Assembly: GCA_030639665.1 (NCBI GenBank)
Contig: DAOWCC010000002.1
Location: forward strand, 1 to 37,605
DNA: 37,605 nt
Direction: 5' to 3'
Origin: Elusimicrobiota bacterium
GTDB taxonomy: Bacteria > Elusimicrobiota > Elusimicrobia > Elusimicrobiales > UBA9959
In this document: one piece after another, positions 1-10,086 of the stretch
How the letters are laid out: each line of letters opens with the position of its first letter
Position numbering within the stretch: the stretch's first letter is position 1
Notes under the pieces: generated by a model
What the model saw: the letters and a program-made list of their open reading frames with translations, nothing else
Databases searched by the model: none
Told to the model about the DNA's origin: nothing
Program-made: the position numbers and the translations under genes

Positions 1-1
1 A

Positions 2-973
2 GTGTCTGAGCCGGATATAACTTCTCCCGAGGAAGCCTACACTTATCTAACCGAGCTTAAAAAAACGATGCAATGGATAGAAGTTTCAAATTGCGATATG
101 GAAAAGGGAGAACTGCGCTGCGATGTAAATGTGTCCGTAAAACCAAAAGGCCAAAAAGAACTGGGAAAGAAAGTTGAGATCAAAAACCTTAATTCCTTTA
201 AAGCCGTGAAAGACTCTCTTGTTTATGAGATTTCGAGACAGATTAAAATGGCTGAAAAAGAAGAAACTATTGAGACCGATACCCGGCTTTGGAACGATAA
301 AGAAGAAAAAACATATTCCATGCGTTCAAAGGAAGAGGCAAATGATTATAGATATTTTCCCGAGCCAGATCTTATCGCTTTGAAGTGCGATGAAGCGTAT
401 ATCGCTGAAATAAAAAACGGCTTGGGCGAATTGCCCCACGAGAAAAAAGCCGGATTCATCAAGGGTTATGGTTTAAACAATTATGACGCCAATCTTTTAA
501 CGGCCAATAAAACCCTCTCCTCTTATTTTGAAAATTGCGTTAAACTGGGCGGCGACGCCAAGGTATCGTCCAATCTCATAGCCACGGAAATTATGGGAAG
601 ATTAAACGCCGACAAACTGGAAATAAAAGATTGCCCCATCCCGCCGCGATATATCGCCGAACTCGCGCAATTATTAAAATCAGGCGAAATATCCAATACA
701 ATATCCAAACAAGTCTTGGATAAAATATGGGAAAAGCCCTCGTCGCCCAAAGAAATGATAGAAACTTCCGGAATGAGCCAAGTATCCGATGAAAATCAAA
801 TCCGCGAATGGGCAAAAGAAGCTTTAAATAAAAATCCGAAAGCCATAGAAGATTTTAAAAGCGGAAATGAAAAAGCGATAGGCCCGATAATGGGAATGAT
901 AATGAAAAAATCCAAGGGAAAAGCCAATCCCAAAGTTGCGAGTTCAATAATAAAAGATTTGATTCAAAGTTAG
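2..973 (+). CDS. gatB: Asp-tRNA(Asn)/Glu-tRNA(Gln) amidotransferase subunit B, C-terminal 323 aa (5' end outside window)
   Basis: ORF is open from the window edge. Contains the GatB hallmark YRYFPEPDL and a GatB/YqeY-type C-terminal helical tail (GPIMGMIMKKSKGKANP). Confidence 0.9.
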   Translation: MSEPDITSPEEAYTYLTELKKTMQWIEVSNCDMEKGELRCDVNVSVKPKGQKELGKKVEIKNLNSFKAVKDSLVYEISRQIKMAEKEETIETDTRLWNDKEEKTYSMRSKEEANDYRYFPEPDLIALKCDEAYIAEIKNGLGELPHEKKAGFIKGYGLNNYDANLLTANKTLSSYFENCVKLGGDAKVSSNLIATEIMGRLNADKLEIKDCPIPPRYIAELAQLLKSGEISNTISKQVLDKIWEKPSSPKEMIETSGMSQVSDENQIREWAKEALNKNPKAIEDFKSGNEKAIGPIMGMIMKKSKGKANPKVASSIIKDLIQS

Positions 974-1001
974 AACAATAATATATATTATTCTCTGTTT
1001 T

Positions 1002-1718
1002 TTATCTTTCACTTTTATTTTTAACGCCAATAGCCGGCAAAAATAAAGTCGTTCTTTCATTAAACAGCTTAAAACTCTTAGCTAAATCACAAACATTAAC
1101 CTTTATCAATGTGTCATTATCTCTGACAACGGATTTAACATCAACTATAAAAAACTCAGCGGTTTTGGGATAAACGGCCATAAGTTTTTTAATAAAATTT
1201 TTCTTATATTTTTCATTCCCTTTTAAGTTCAAAATTCCAATCATAAAAAACAATGTGTCCATTTCGGGAGTAAACACAATACTTTTATTACAACTGATAG
1301 TATTCACCACCCTAATGCCGCTATCTGAAAATTCAGTTAACTCCAAAAGTGAAATTATGGCGTCAAAGGACGATATGGCGTTTAAAACCGTTGTTTTAAT
1401 GCCGGCTTTTAAAGCTTCCTTTTTTAAACAAATGGTGGTGGCGTCCAAAAACATCGGGTTTCCATATGTAAAATAACAAATCTTATCAAACTCTTTAAAA
1501 GCCGAAACAACTTTTTGAGCTGTTTTTTCAAGCTTGCAATTTCCGCTTATAACCTTAACGCGAGCGGAGATTTTTTCTAAAAATCGCAGAATTTCATCGC
1601 CGCGTATATCGGAAAAAACAATATCGCATGTTTTAATCCGGGCCAATACTTCAAGCGTGCATTGATTTTTAAAAAGCCCCAAAGAACACACTACAAGCTC
1701 TTTATTTTTTCGCATCAA
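1002..1718 (-). CDS. Tetrapyrrole (corrin/porphyrin) methylase-fold SAM-dependent methyltransferase-like protein
   Basis: 238-aa ORF. N-terminal pattern (VVCSLGL...TLEVL..IKTCDIVFSD) and YGNPMF motif resemble the TP_methylase fold. Its start overlaps the upstream gene's stop by 4 nt. Confidence 0.5.
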   Translation of the reverse strand: MMRKNKELVVCSLGLFKNQCTLEVLARIKTCDIVFSDIRGDEILRFLEKISARVKVISGNCKLEKTAQKVVSAFKEFDKICYFTYGNPMFLDATTICLKKEALKAGIKTTVLNAISSFDAIISLLELTEFSDSGIRVVNTISCNKSIVFTPEMDTLFFMIGILNLKGNEKYKKNFIKKLMAVYPKTAEFFIVDVKSVVRDNDTLIKVNVCDLAKSFKLFNERTTLFLPAIGVKNKSER

Positions 1719-3226
1719 GATTCCCCTATAAAATAATTTATTTTAATTTTCATCTTTCCGTTAGAATCCATATATATTTTAAAAGGATTAAAAACAATAT
1801 CAAAAAACAGCTTTTGAACTCTTTTATTGGCAAGAGAATACTCATTAATATTTTTAATGGATTTGCTCATTCTTTCCAGCGTATTTACAATATCTCCGCC
1901 GCCGCTTGAATTTTGAATCATTAAAGAGAATACTTCGTCCTCTCCGCCATTTTTTATTTTCAAAAGCAATTCTTCTATTTTGGAGGAATCTTTCCGGAGC
2001 CGGAGCGTAAGCGCGCCATAACGTGGAAGAGGATTTAAAGTTTTCAAATATGTAAAAATCAAAAAATCGGAAACGCAGGAAAACCTTATATCATCACCCC
2101 TTTTTTTAAACGCGAGAAGCCATAAATAAAAATCATTCTTTAAAGTTGAATTTTTTACGCCAGAATAAATACCGGCCGCGCTTAAATTAAGTTCTTTAAG
2201 CCCGAGTTCTCCTTCCTCGATTTTATTAAGCGATTTTAAAATTTCTTTAAGAGTCTCTTCGCTCCCTGAGCTGAGAAAGGCAAAATCAGGATACTTTTCA
2301 TCAAAAATTTTAGTTTGAAAATTAAGGCGCCCATATTCCATAAGCAATTGCAGAGCGGTTAAGTTTTTGCGCAAAAGCAATCTTTCTCCTTCAAGTTTTA
2401 ATGATTCCTCAGCCGTTATATTCTTGCGGCCTTTAAGCGAAGACGCTCTCACAATAAATTTCTTATACAATCTGAACGCGTTTATATATACGGCCCGGAT
2501 TTTTTCTCTATCATATCCTTTTGAATTTTTTTCTTGATATATCTTTTTTTCAACACTGTTTTTAAGCGCTGAAACCCATAAAGTTATATTTTTGGTTTCT
2601 TTTTCCAAAAGAGCGTGATTTAATTTAAAATCCGCGAAGTCAAATTCCTCTCGCGCCTCTTCCTTTGCCGGCATAAAAGACGGCAGGTGGACATTGGCAT
2701 AATCCGGTTTTATAAGAAGCCCTTCAAAAAGCCTCTTGCCGGCTATGGTCAGAGTTTCATCATCAAGAGAGAAATTTTTTGCCGAAGCATTAAGGTTTTC
2801 AACCAATTGGACAAAATGAGAATTTAATTTTCCTTTAAGGCTATTGTATTTGATTTTTTTGGGTTTCCCCTCCGGTTTTCGTCCATAAATATTAAAATAC
2901 ATTTCAGCGGCTTTATCGGGATTATTATGTATCCATATTATAAGAGCCTCTCGAACCTCGGAATATGATTTTCCGCTCACATCGCCCAATACTTCCCCAT
3001 AAAGTTTAGCGTCTATAAAACCGTCCGCGACTTCCCCTCTAAAAAAAAGATTTGTCAGAATTTTATTTTTAATTTCATCCAATGAAAGTTTTTCCACCCC
3101 AAGCAATTTCCCGCCGGATTCTTTTATCTCGCCGCCGGCATAGGTGGGAACAGGGTCATTACCTTGTGAATGAACACACAGTCCAAAAACAAATATACAT
3201 GTAAGAGTTATAAATATAAATCTCAT
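1715..3226 (-). CDS. Secreted hypothetical protein (503 aa)
   Basis: Long ORF with an N-terminal signal-peptide-like segment MRFIFITLTCIFVFGLCVHSQ. No recognisable catalytic motif. Co-oriented and tightly packed in the pil-distal operon. Confidence 0.6.
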   Translation of the reverse strand: MRFIFITLTCIFVFGLCVHSQGNDPVPTYAGGEIKESGGKLLGVEKLSLDEIKNKILTNLFFRGEVADGFIDAKLYGEVLGDVSGKSYSEVREALIIWIHNNPDKAAEMYFNIYGRKPEGKPKKIKYNSLKGKLNSHFVQLVENLNASAKNFSLDDETLTIAGKRLFEGLLIKPDYANVHLPSFMPAKEEAREEFDFADFKLNHALLEKETKNITLWVSALKNSVEKKIYQEKNSKGYDREKIRAVYINAFRLYKKFIVRASSLKGRKNITAEESLKLEGERLLLRKNLTALQLLMEYGRLNFQTKIFDEKYPDFAFLSSGSEETLKEILKSLNKIEEGELGLKELNLSAAGIYSGVKNSTLKNDFYLWLLAFKKRGDDIRFSCVSDFLIFTYLKTLNPLPRYGALTLRLRKDSSKIEELLLKIKNGGEDEVFSLMIQNSSGGGDIVNTLERMSKSIKNINEYSLANKRVQKLFFDIVFNPFKIYMDSNGKMKIKINYFIGES

Positions 3227-3266
3227 ATTTAATATTGTCGCCTAACGCCTATTGCCTAACGCCTCT

Positions 3267-4427
3267 CTATAGCCAATATCTGAAAAAATAAAGAGCTTTG
3301 CTCCCCATTTTAGACAATAGCCGTCTATTCACGCAATCATCCATTGTAATCCGGTTGGAATTTTTTAAATCCTCGAAAAAAACATCCGCCATTTTATTTC
3401 CGAAGCTTTTGTCAAAAACATTTATATTAAGCTCCAGATTATAATATAAACTTCTATGGTCTAAATTATGACTCCCAACCGACGACCACTGTCCGTCTAT
3501 AACCGCCGCCTTGGAATGGAGAATGGCGCCTTGCCATTCATAAATTTTAATTCCGCTTTTTATCATATTCGTATACAAAGCCCATGAAGCCCATCGCACA
3601 TAAGGATGATCGGTATTAAACGGCGTTATTATTCGAACATCCACGCCTCTTTGAGCCGCCTTCACAAGTTTCCTGTAAATTATTCTATCGGGAAGAAAAT
3701 ACGCGTTGGTTATAAAAATATTATCTTTGGCTTTTTCAATGGCATATTTATAACTCCTTCTTATTGACATCATATTTTTGATGCCCGAAGCTGAAACAAT
3801 GGCGGCGGCCATTGCTCCTGTACAAGATGAATGGCTTTTCTTTCCGGCTTTCAAACTGTGAATATTCTCTTTGGGCCCGGGACATCTGTCCCAAGAAGAT
3901 AAAAACTCTTTTTCAATAGCGGGCACAATATCGCCTTTTATTTCCGCCACCATATCTTTCCAACCGCGCCCGCCCATGGATTTCGGCGCGTCATATTCCG
4001 ATATATTAAACCCTCCGACAAAAGCCATCGCGCCATCCACACACAAAAGTTTTCTATGGTCTCTTTTAAATAAACTCCAATGAGGCTTCCATGGAGCGGC
4101 TTGATGATATTCTTTAACTTTAATTCCCTCACTCTTCATCATTTTAAAAAAATTACCGCTGGTCGCGATGGAACCGATGGAATCATAAACGATATAGACC
4201 TTAACGCCTTGATGAACTTTTTTAATTAATATATCGCTAAATGCCCTTCCTATATGGTCGTCGCTGAAAGAATAAACCTCAAGAAATATATATTTTTTCG
4301 CGGCCTTTACTTTTTCAACTATAAAAGGAAAGGCGTCTTCTCCGCCTGAAATTAAATTAATATTATTATGAAGAAAAATATTATCGGGACTCAAACAATA
4401 ATCTTTCCATTTTTTTTCATCTGCCAT
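3267..4427 (-). CDS. Phospholipase D family protein, cardiolipin synthase (ClsB-like), two HKD motifs
   Basis: Two HxK(x4)D motifs: HRKLLCVDGAMAFVGGFN and HSKAAVIDGQWSSVGSHN. No N-terminal TM segment. Its start overlaps the upstream gene's 3' end by 37 nt. Confidence 0.8.
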   Translation of the reverse strand: MADEKKWKDYCLSPDNIFLHNNINLISGGEDAFPFIVEKVKAAKKYIFLEVYSFSDDHIGRAFSDILIKKVHQGVKVYIVYDSIGSIATSGNFFKMMKSEGIKVKEYHQAAPWKPHWSLFKRDHRKLLCVDGAMAFVGGFNISEYDAPKSMGGRGWKDMVAEIKGDIVPAIEKEFLSSWDRCPGPKENIHSLKAGKKSHSSCTGAMAAAIVSASGIKNMMSIRRSYKYAIEKAKDNIFITNAYFLPDRIIYRKLVKAAQRGVDVRIITPFNTDHPYVRWASWALYTNMIKSGIKIYEWQGAILHSKAAVIDGQWSSVGSHNLDHRSLYYNLELNINVFDKSFGNKMADVFFEDLKNSNRITMDDCVNRRLLSKMGSKALYFFRYWL

Positions 4428-6115
4428 AATCGGTTTTTTAAACTATTATATTTATTCCGATTAAACCTTAAAAGAGCTTTATTATAATCGGAATACTTAA
4501 TCGTTTTGGAATTTCCAATGATTTCCTCTATATTTAATATTTCTTTAAAAGCGGCTTTAAACTTCCCTTCAGCGTATAATATTTCAGAAAGCATAAGTCT
4601 CGCGGACAAGCAATTGGGCTCTGTAATAAGAGTATCCCTTGTTTTTTCTTTCGCTTTCGGATAATTTAAAGTTCTGAAATAAATTTCAGCCTGCATAAAC
4701 TTAAATGTCCATGACAGGGGATAAAGCTTTTCACCATGACGCGCGCTCGCCAGCGCTGAAGCATAATTTGAATTTAATAAAAGTTTTGTTTTAGTATTCT
4801 CAAAAAGCAACACTTCATCACCCTCGCTACATTTGCTGATTTTTTCAAGCGCTTCGCGTTTATTTGAGAGACTCGCGCAATTTAAAGCGCAATCGCGCAG
4901 ATTATTATGCTGTTGCCGGATATATAAAGAACCGGCCAAGATAATGGCGGAAAAAATCAATATTCCGGTTTTAATTTTATCGGATTTTTGATTTTTTTCA
5001 AATTTTAAAGAGGACGCGACGAAACCCAAACTTCCAAAAAAGAATAAATTAACGCTCCCCGCGTAGAAAATCATATCCACGCAGGATTGCAGAAAAACAA
5101 CTATGGCAAAAATTCTGACAATATCAATGTAGACATCATTCTTTATTTCAAATTTTAAAGATTTTACAAATGCCGCCAAAAAAATAAACGCCGCGGCTAT
5201 GCCGCTGGTGGCTGCGATATTTAAAATCTCGCTATGAGCATGACGGGCATAATGGCCAAAATAAGAGAGCCCATCGAAAGCCGGAAATTTTAATTGCGAA
5301 AAGAAATTTTCAAAACCGCCCGCGCCATAACCCCAGAAAGGATAGAAATAAATTCCTTCAAGAGCGGTCTTCCAAATATTTAATCTTTGAAAAGCGTTAA
5401 TATCATGAATTTTCAATAATTCAGCCATTAAATCCTTCGGCATAAAAATCACGCCCGCCACCATTAAAAGCAAACTAAAAATAAAGGTTCTGTAATATCT
5501 GCGATAAATTAAAATAAGCAAGGAAACAATAATAAATGATAATAAGGCTCCTCTTGAACGCAGATTAAACATTGCTATCAGAAAAACCATAAGCAAAGAA
5601 AACGCGCCCAAGCGAACTTTAATAAAGCGAACCGAAACAATGACTAAAACAAGAGCGGCGGCGCAAGCAGCCAGAAAAGCCGCCGTATAATTTGGGTTTT
5701 TAGGAATAAGGAGATTAAACTCCGGCGCTTGATAAAAAATAATTGTCGCGCTTAAAGCCGCGAAAGAAAAAACCATAAACACCCATAGCTTTAAAGCCGG
5801 TTTTTCCATTGATGCGGTAAAACAGAAAAACAGAATAAATAGCAAGTATTTGGAAAATTGCCAAAAACTTTCCAATGGCGCTTGGGAAAAAAACATTGAA
5901 ATTAAAATCCAAAATCCGAAAACAAGCCATAAGCCGGCTTTTTCAATTCTTATTTTTTCGCGGAAAAACAAAAAAATACCGATAAATATCAAGCTGAAAA
6001 CGCCCCATTCATCAAATTTCCTCAGCCCCTCCAGAAAAAAAGATAAAGCCAATAAGATTGACGGCAACGCGTCTATCGCCCTATATTTGTCTTTTAGTAT
6101 ATTTAAAAATGTCAT
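4391..6115 (-). CDS. O-antigen ligase-like (Wzy_C) polytopic membrane protein with C-terminal TPR-like domain
   Basis: Many hydrophobic helices. Wzy_C-type loop RLNIWKTALEGIYFYPFWGYGAGGF...HAHSEILNIAATSGI. Helical repeat-like C-terminal tail. Start overlaps the upstream stop (ATGA). Confidence 0.75.
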   Translation of the reverse strand: MTFLNILKDKYRAIDALPSILLALSFFLEGLRKFDEWGVFSLIFIGIFLFFREKIRIEKAGLWLVFGFWILISMFFSQAPLESFWQFSKYLLFILFFCFTASMEKPALKLWVFMVFSFAALSATIIFYQAPEFNLLIPKNPNYTAAFLAACAAALVLVIVSVRFIKVRLGAFSLLMVFLIAMFNLRSRGALLSFIIVSLLILIYRRYYRTFIFSLLLMVAGVIFMPKDLMAELLKIHDINAFQRLNIWKTALEGIYFYPFWGYGAGGFENFFSQLKFPAFDGLSYFGHYARHAHSEILNIAATSGIAAAFIFLAAFVKSLKFEIKNDVYIDIVRIFAIVVFLQSCVDMIFYAGSVNLFFFGSLGFVASSLKFEKNQKSDKIKTGILIFSAIILAGSLYIRQQHNNLRDCALNCASLSNKREALEKISKCSEGDEVLLFENTKTKLLLNSNYASALASARHGEKLYPLSWTFKFMQAEIYFRTLNYPKAKEKTRDTLITEPNCLSARLMLSEILYAEGKFKAAFKEILNIEEIIGNSKTIKYSDYNKALLRFNRNKYNSLKNRLWQMKKNGKIIV

Positions 6116-7689
6116 TTCAAATATTTAGCTCGCCTTAATTTAATATCCTTAATCAGTTTTTTCTCTCCGGCATATTCATAAATTTCCAAAAGTTTTTTAT
6201 AAGCCGCTTTATCATAAGGATTATGAATAAGAGCTTCTTCAAAGGAAGCCGCGGCTTCAAAAAGCGACAATCTGTCTTTTTTCTTCCGCGCTTCTTTCAA
6301 ATACAAGCCCCCTTTCAATCTGTAAATCAATGAATTATTTTTATCAATTTTTATCGCCTTATCGCATAAAAACAAAGACTCTTTAAAATCACCCGCGTTT
6401 GAAACTTGGCCGCCAGAGGCTTGAATTATATCCTTATATACGCCGTTTAGCTTTAAACGCTTATAGCCATAATTTAAGGAGGTCATAAGCAAACAAAAAA
6501 TAATTAAAGCGTAAAATTTTCCACGCGCCGATTTCTTATGCTCATTATGTTTGGGCGATTTATTATTTACGCCCAATATAAAACAAAAAACCCAAAAATT
6601 AAAAGGAAGAGAAAGACCGAAATCAACAAATGAATGCAGTAAAACCGCGAGAATGGAATATTTTATAATGGACCGGCCTTTAATAAATGAAACAGCCAAA
6701 AAAACAAACCATATCACTGAAGAAACTATTCCATTTTCCGCTAAAAATTCCAGGAAATAATTATGAGCGTAAATGGATGAAATTCCCCCGATTACGGACT
6801 CATGATAAGCCGGGTATATAAAGGAAAAGCTTCCAAAACCAAATCCAAGAACCAACCTATCCGAAACTATTTTAAACCCGTCTTGCCACCACAGAAGCCT
6901 GTCAGTAATTGATTTGAATTCTAAACCGACAAAAGCATAAACAATCATTATAGCGCCAAAAACAATAACCGAAATAATAAACTTTTTACTTTTTATGCCA
7001 TAGACTTCAGCCAAATAAAACAATAGAGCCGCCGCGAAGGCCATAAGCCCGGCTAAAGACGCGGTTAAAACCAAAACAATAAAAACAATGCCCGCAAGCG
7101 CGTAATTCTTAATCGATAAAGCTAACGGAATTATCATAAGAGAGAAAAGAGCGAGAGAATTTGGATTGATTAAAGTGGAGGATGGAGGAAATTGCCCTTT
7201 AAATAATATTTCATAGAAAGCCAGAGCGCAAATTACATAACTGGCCAAAATAATAAATTTAAATATTTTCTTCTCTTCTATCGCGCTTAAGCCTCCGCTT
7301 AAAATAATAATCAAAAAACCTATGGCCAAATTCAGCCATTCTCCCGAAATAAGATTTTTTATGGGACTTAAAATAAGCGAGATAGCGGAAAGAAAAAGCA
7401 GCAAAGCCATGACTTTGCTTTTAGCATCTATAAAGAAAGCGGGAATCCGCTTGGAATATAGAACGGAACACATATAGAAAGAAAAAATTATTAAGATTGA
7501 ACTTTGAAGAAAGGTTTGAACTTCAAGATTCCATATGCCGCCCAATAATGGAGCAATGGACAAAATAGCGGCTAAAGGATAAAACAAGCTCGACCATCCT
7601 ACGCTAACAAGCTTCGGAAAGGCAAGCAGCGCGACAGCTCGACAACGCGACAGCAAACGGCTTAATCTTTGCAATCGGACAAGTTGCAT
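6112..7689 (-). CDS. O-antigen ligase-like (Wzy_C) polytopic membrane protein with C-terminal TPR-like domain
   Basis: Polytopic. Wzy_C-type loop RLLWWQDGFKIVSDRLVLGFGFGSF...YAHNYFLEFLAENGI. C-terminal TPR-like repeats (ALIHNPYDKAAYKKLLEIYEYAGE). Confidence 0.75.
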   Translation of the reverse strand: MQLVRLQRLSRLLSRCRAVALLAFPKLVSVGWSSLFYPLAAILSIAPLLGGIWNLEVQTFLQSSILIIFSFYMCSVLYSKRIPAFFIDAKSKVMALLLFLSAISLILSPIKNLISGEWLNLAIGFLIIILSGGLSAIEEKKIFKFIILASYVICALAFYEILFKGQFPPSSTLINPNSLALFSLMIIPLALSIKNYALAGIVFIVLVLTASLAGLMAFAAALLFYLAEVYGIKSKKFIISVIVFGAIMIVYAFVGLEFKSITDRLLWWQDGFKIVSDRLVLGFGFGSFSFIYPAYHESVIGGISSIYAHNYFLEFLAENGIVSSVIWFVFLAVSFIKGRSIIKYSILAVLLHSFVDFGLSLPFNFWVFCFILGVNNKSPKHNEHKKSARGKFYALIIFCLLMTSLNYGYKRLKLNGVYKDIIQASGGQVSNAGDFKESLFLCDKAIKIDKNNSLIYRLKGGLYLKEARKKKDRLSLFEAAASFEEALIHNPYDKAAYKKLLEIYEYAGEKKLIKDIKLRRAKYLK

Positions 7690-7741
7690 AAGTTTTTTTG
7701 TTGCTAAACTTTGAAATACGAATAAGGAGCCATTGTCTCCA

Positions 7742-9580
7742 TTAATGCAATATTTTAGGCGTAACGAAAATTAACAACTCTCTCCTCTCTCTGGTATTGG
7801 TTTTCTTTTTGAAGAGCCATCCCAAAAGAGGCAAATCACCCAAAAGAGGAATCTTAAATTCTCCCTCGGATTTGTAATCGTGTATTAATCCGCCGATAAC
7901 AACCGTTTCACCATCGGCGACAATGATTTCAGTATCAATGCTTCTAGTATCAATACCCGGCGCGCCTCCGGCAACCGCCGTTATGGTGGGAGAAACCTGG
8001 CTTATATCAGGATTTAACTTAAGAGACACTTTCCCGGTGGAGGTGATAGTGGGCAAAACTTTAAGAACGATACCTGTTGTAAGATATGTGACAACGGTAG
8101 TTGTAATCGGAGGAGTTGAACCGGTAGTCTCACTGGTTGTATAAGGAATCTGAGTGGTGATATTTATAGTGGCTTCCTTATTATTAAGCGTAGCTATTTT
8201 AGGGTCGGAAAGCACTTTTGCCTTTCCTTTGCTTGCAGCCGCGCTAATAACCGAATCAAAAATATAACCGCTTGTAATTTTACCAAGCCTAAACGCGCCA
8301 TATATTATATTGGCAGGAAGATTTACTCCCGTTCCTCCGCCCGTACCGGATAAAGGAAGTTGAGTTTCGCCTACTGTCGTGCCCATATTGTCGACCCAGG
8401 TAACTTTATTGTTCGCATCCCCGTAACTGAATCTGGTATCACCATCTTTATCAGCGCCATAAATGGACCACTGTATGCCCAAATTGAAATCATTATTAAG
8501 CGCGACTTCCACAAGTTTAACTTCAATTAAAACCTGTCTTGGCTGTCTATCCAAATCTCTTATCAATCTCGCGTCTTCTTCAAGTCCCATTGGAGTATCG
8601 GTAATAACAATGGCATTATTCGCGGTATCAACACTGCAAGTAAGTGAACGCTTTTTAGCGGCTGCAGCCGCTAAAACCTGCGTCATAATATCGGCCGATT
8701 TGGCATAATCCAAGAAAAATACTTTTGTTTGAGGCATGGCCTTTTTTGCCTCAGCTATAAAAACCTTGGGAGACGCGATTCTGAGAATATTATCTCCCAC
8801 TTGCTGAGTAGCCAAACCGTTAACATTTAATATGGTCCTAAAGGCCTCATCAAAAGGCACATCATTAAGCTTTATGGTTATATTATTTGAAACGCCAGAC
8901 GCGAAAATAACATTAATCCCTATTTTGGCAACCATCATATTTATAACATCTTTAATGTCGGCGTCAATATAATCGAGATTCATTGAATATTTGGGCAAGC
9001 TAGCCATTATATCTTTTGAACGATTCGCTTCTTTTTGCTTTTTTGATATTGAAGATCGTCTGATTCTTTTGGGAACCGTTTTGACCGAAATAACCGGAAG
9101 TTTCGCCTCTAAAAGATCCTTGTTTTCGGGGACTATAACTTTTACCGATTTTTTAATGTTTGGAGAATCTTTCTTTTTGGCTTTTTTCTTAAAAACTTTT
9201 CCACCCAAGACAATCATTATATCATTGCCTTTTTTCACCACATCATAGGCTATCTTTTGGGACAATTCCAAAACTATTCTTGAAATACTGTTTGGCTGCG
9301 TTTTATATTGGCCGGTTCTCACCCTTTTAAGAAAAGTTCCTCTGGCCGGTATCTCTTCAAGAGTTTTAAGTTTCGTATTCATGAGATCAATCACTATCTT
9401 GGGAGGATTTGAAATCATAAACGCTTTATGCTCAACCGGTTTGTCGGTTCTTATATAAACGCTTTCCGCGGAAACCCTGACGGATTTCACAGTTGCCTCG
9501 TTAATGGCGGCGCATAAAATCATTGAATTTTGCGTTAGAAAAAAGATGGAAATCGTTATCAAAGATATTATTCTTCTCAT
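7742..9580 (-). CDS. pilQ: Type IV pilus secretin PilQ (AMIN domain + secretin)
   Basis: Signal peptide, AMIN-like N-terminus, Lys-rich linker, and a secretin C-domain (VLSDPKIATLNNKEATI...VVIGGLI...IPLLGDLPLLGWLFKKK). Confidence 0.9.
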   Translation of the reverse strand: MRRIISLITISIFFLTQNSMILCAAINEATVKSVRVSAESVYIRTDKPVEHKAFMISNPPKIVIDLMNTKLKTLEEIPARGTFLKRVRTGQYKTQPNSISRIVLELSQKIAYDVVKKGNDIMIVLGGKVFKKKAKKKDSPNIKKSVKVIVPENKDLLEAKLPVISVKTVPKRIRRSSISKKQKEANRSKDIMASLPKYSMNLDYIDADIKDVINMMVAKIGINVIFASGVSNNITIKLNDVPFDEAFRTILNVNGLATQQVGDNILRIASPKVFIAEAKKAMPQTKVFFLDYAKSADIMTQVLAAAAAKKRSLTCSVDTANNAIVITDTPMGLEEDARLIRDLDRQPRQVLIEVKLVEVALNNDFNLGIQWSIYGADKDGDTRFSYGDANNKVTWVDNMGTTVGETQLPLSGTGGGTGVNLPANIIYGAFRLGKITSGYIFDSVISAAASKGKAKVLSDPKIATLNNKEATINITTQIPYTTSETTGSTPPITTTVVTYLTTGIVLKVLPTITSTGKVSLKLNPDISQVSPTITAVAGGAPGIDTRSIDTEIIVADGETVVIGGLIHDYKSEGEFKIPLLGDLPLLGWLFKKKTNTRERRELLIFVTPKILH

Positions 9581-9601
9581 TGTTATTATTCTCCCAAAAA
9601 A

Positions 9602-10036
9602 CTATTCTTTTTCTCGCAGATTAATCGGAAATATTTTTTTATCTTCCGTCATAAGTATAACCTGCTTTCCCTTTATTACGCCGGTAACTCCCTTAACCGT
9701 CTTTTTTTTGCCGTCCACAAGCTTCCCAAACCGAAGTATATATGTTTGACGAGTATTTTTATCTTTCAACATGGCTTGCTTGCCCGATGAGTCTTCCATT
9801 ATCCCCGAAAGAGATAAATTATAAATTGAAAAAGTTGTTTTTGAAACTTCCGAAACTTTTACCGAGGGCCATGGCTTTTGATCGCCAAAGACATTGGAAA
9901 CAACCATAGGATCTCTTAGAGTAACAGGCCTGTAAACCTGCTCCACAGTCAAAGTCGGCGTTGAAACTTCAACCGTGACCGGCTTGTCCGCCGCCTGCGT
10001 CGTTATCCCTAAAAGTAAAATAAATGTCAAATGCAT
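9602..10036 (-). CDS. PilP-like pilus assembly protein
   Basis: 144 aa with a signal peptide and an RDPM motif (PilP typically has RDPF), followed by a beta-rich domain. Sits between pilO and pilQ. Confidence 0.55.
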   Translation of the reverse strand: MHLTFILLLGITTQAADKPVTVEVSTPTLTVEQVYRPVTLRDPMVVSNVFGDQKPWPSVKVSEVSKTTFSIYNLSLSGIMEDSSGKQAMLKDKNTRQTYILRFGKLVDGKKKTVKGVTGVIKGKQVILMTEDKKIFPINLREKE

Positions 10037-10086
10037 AAATACTGCTCCTTAAAAATCTGTTATTTCCGGCCTCTTGCTTCAATTTT

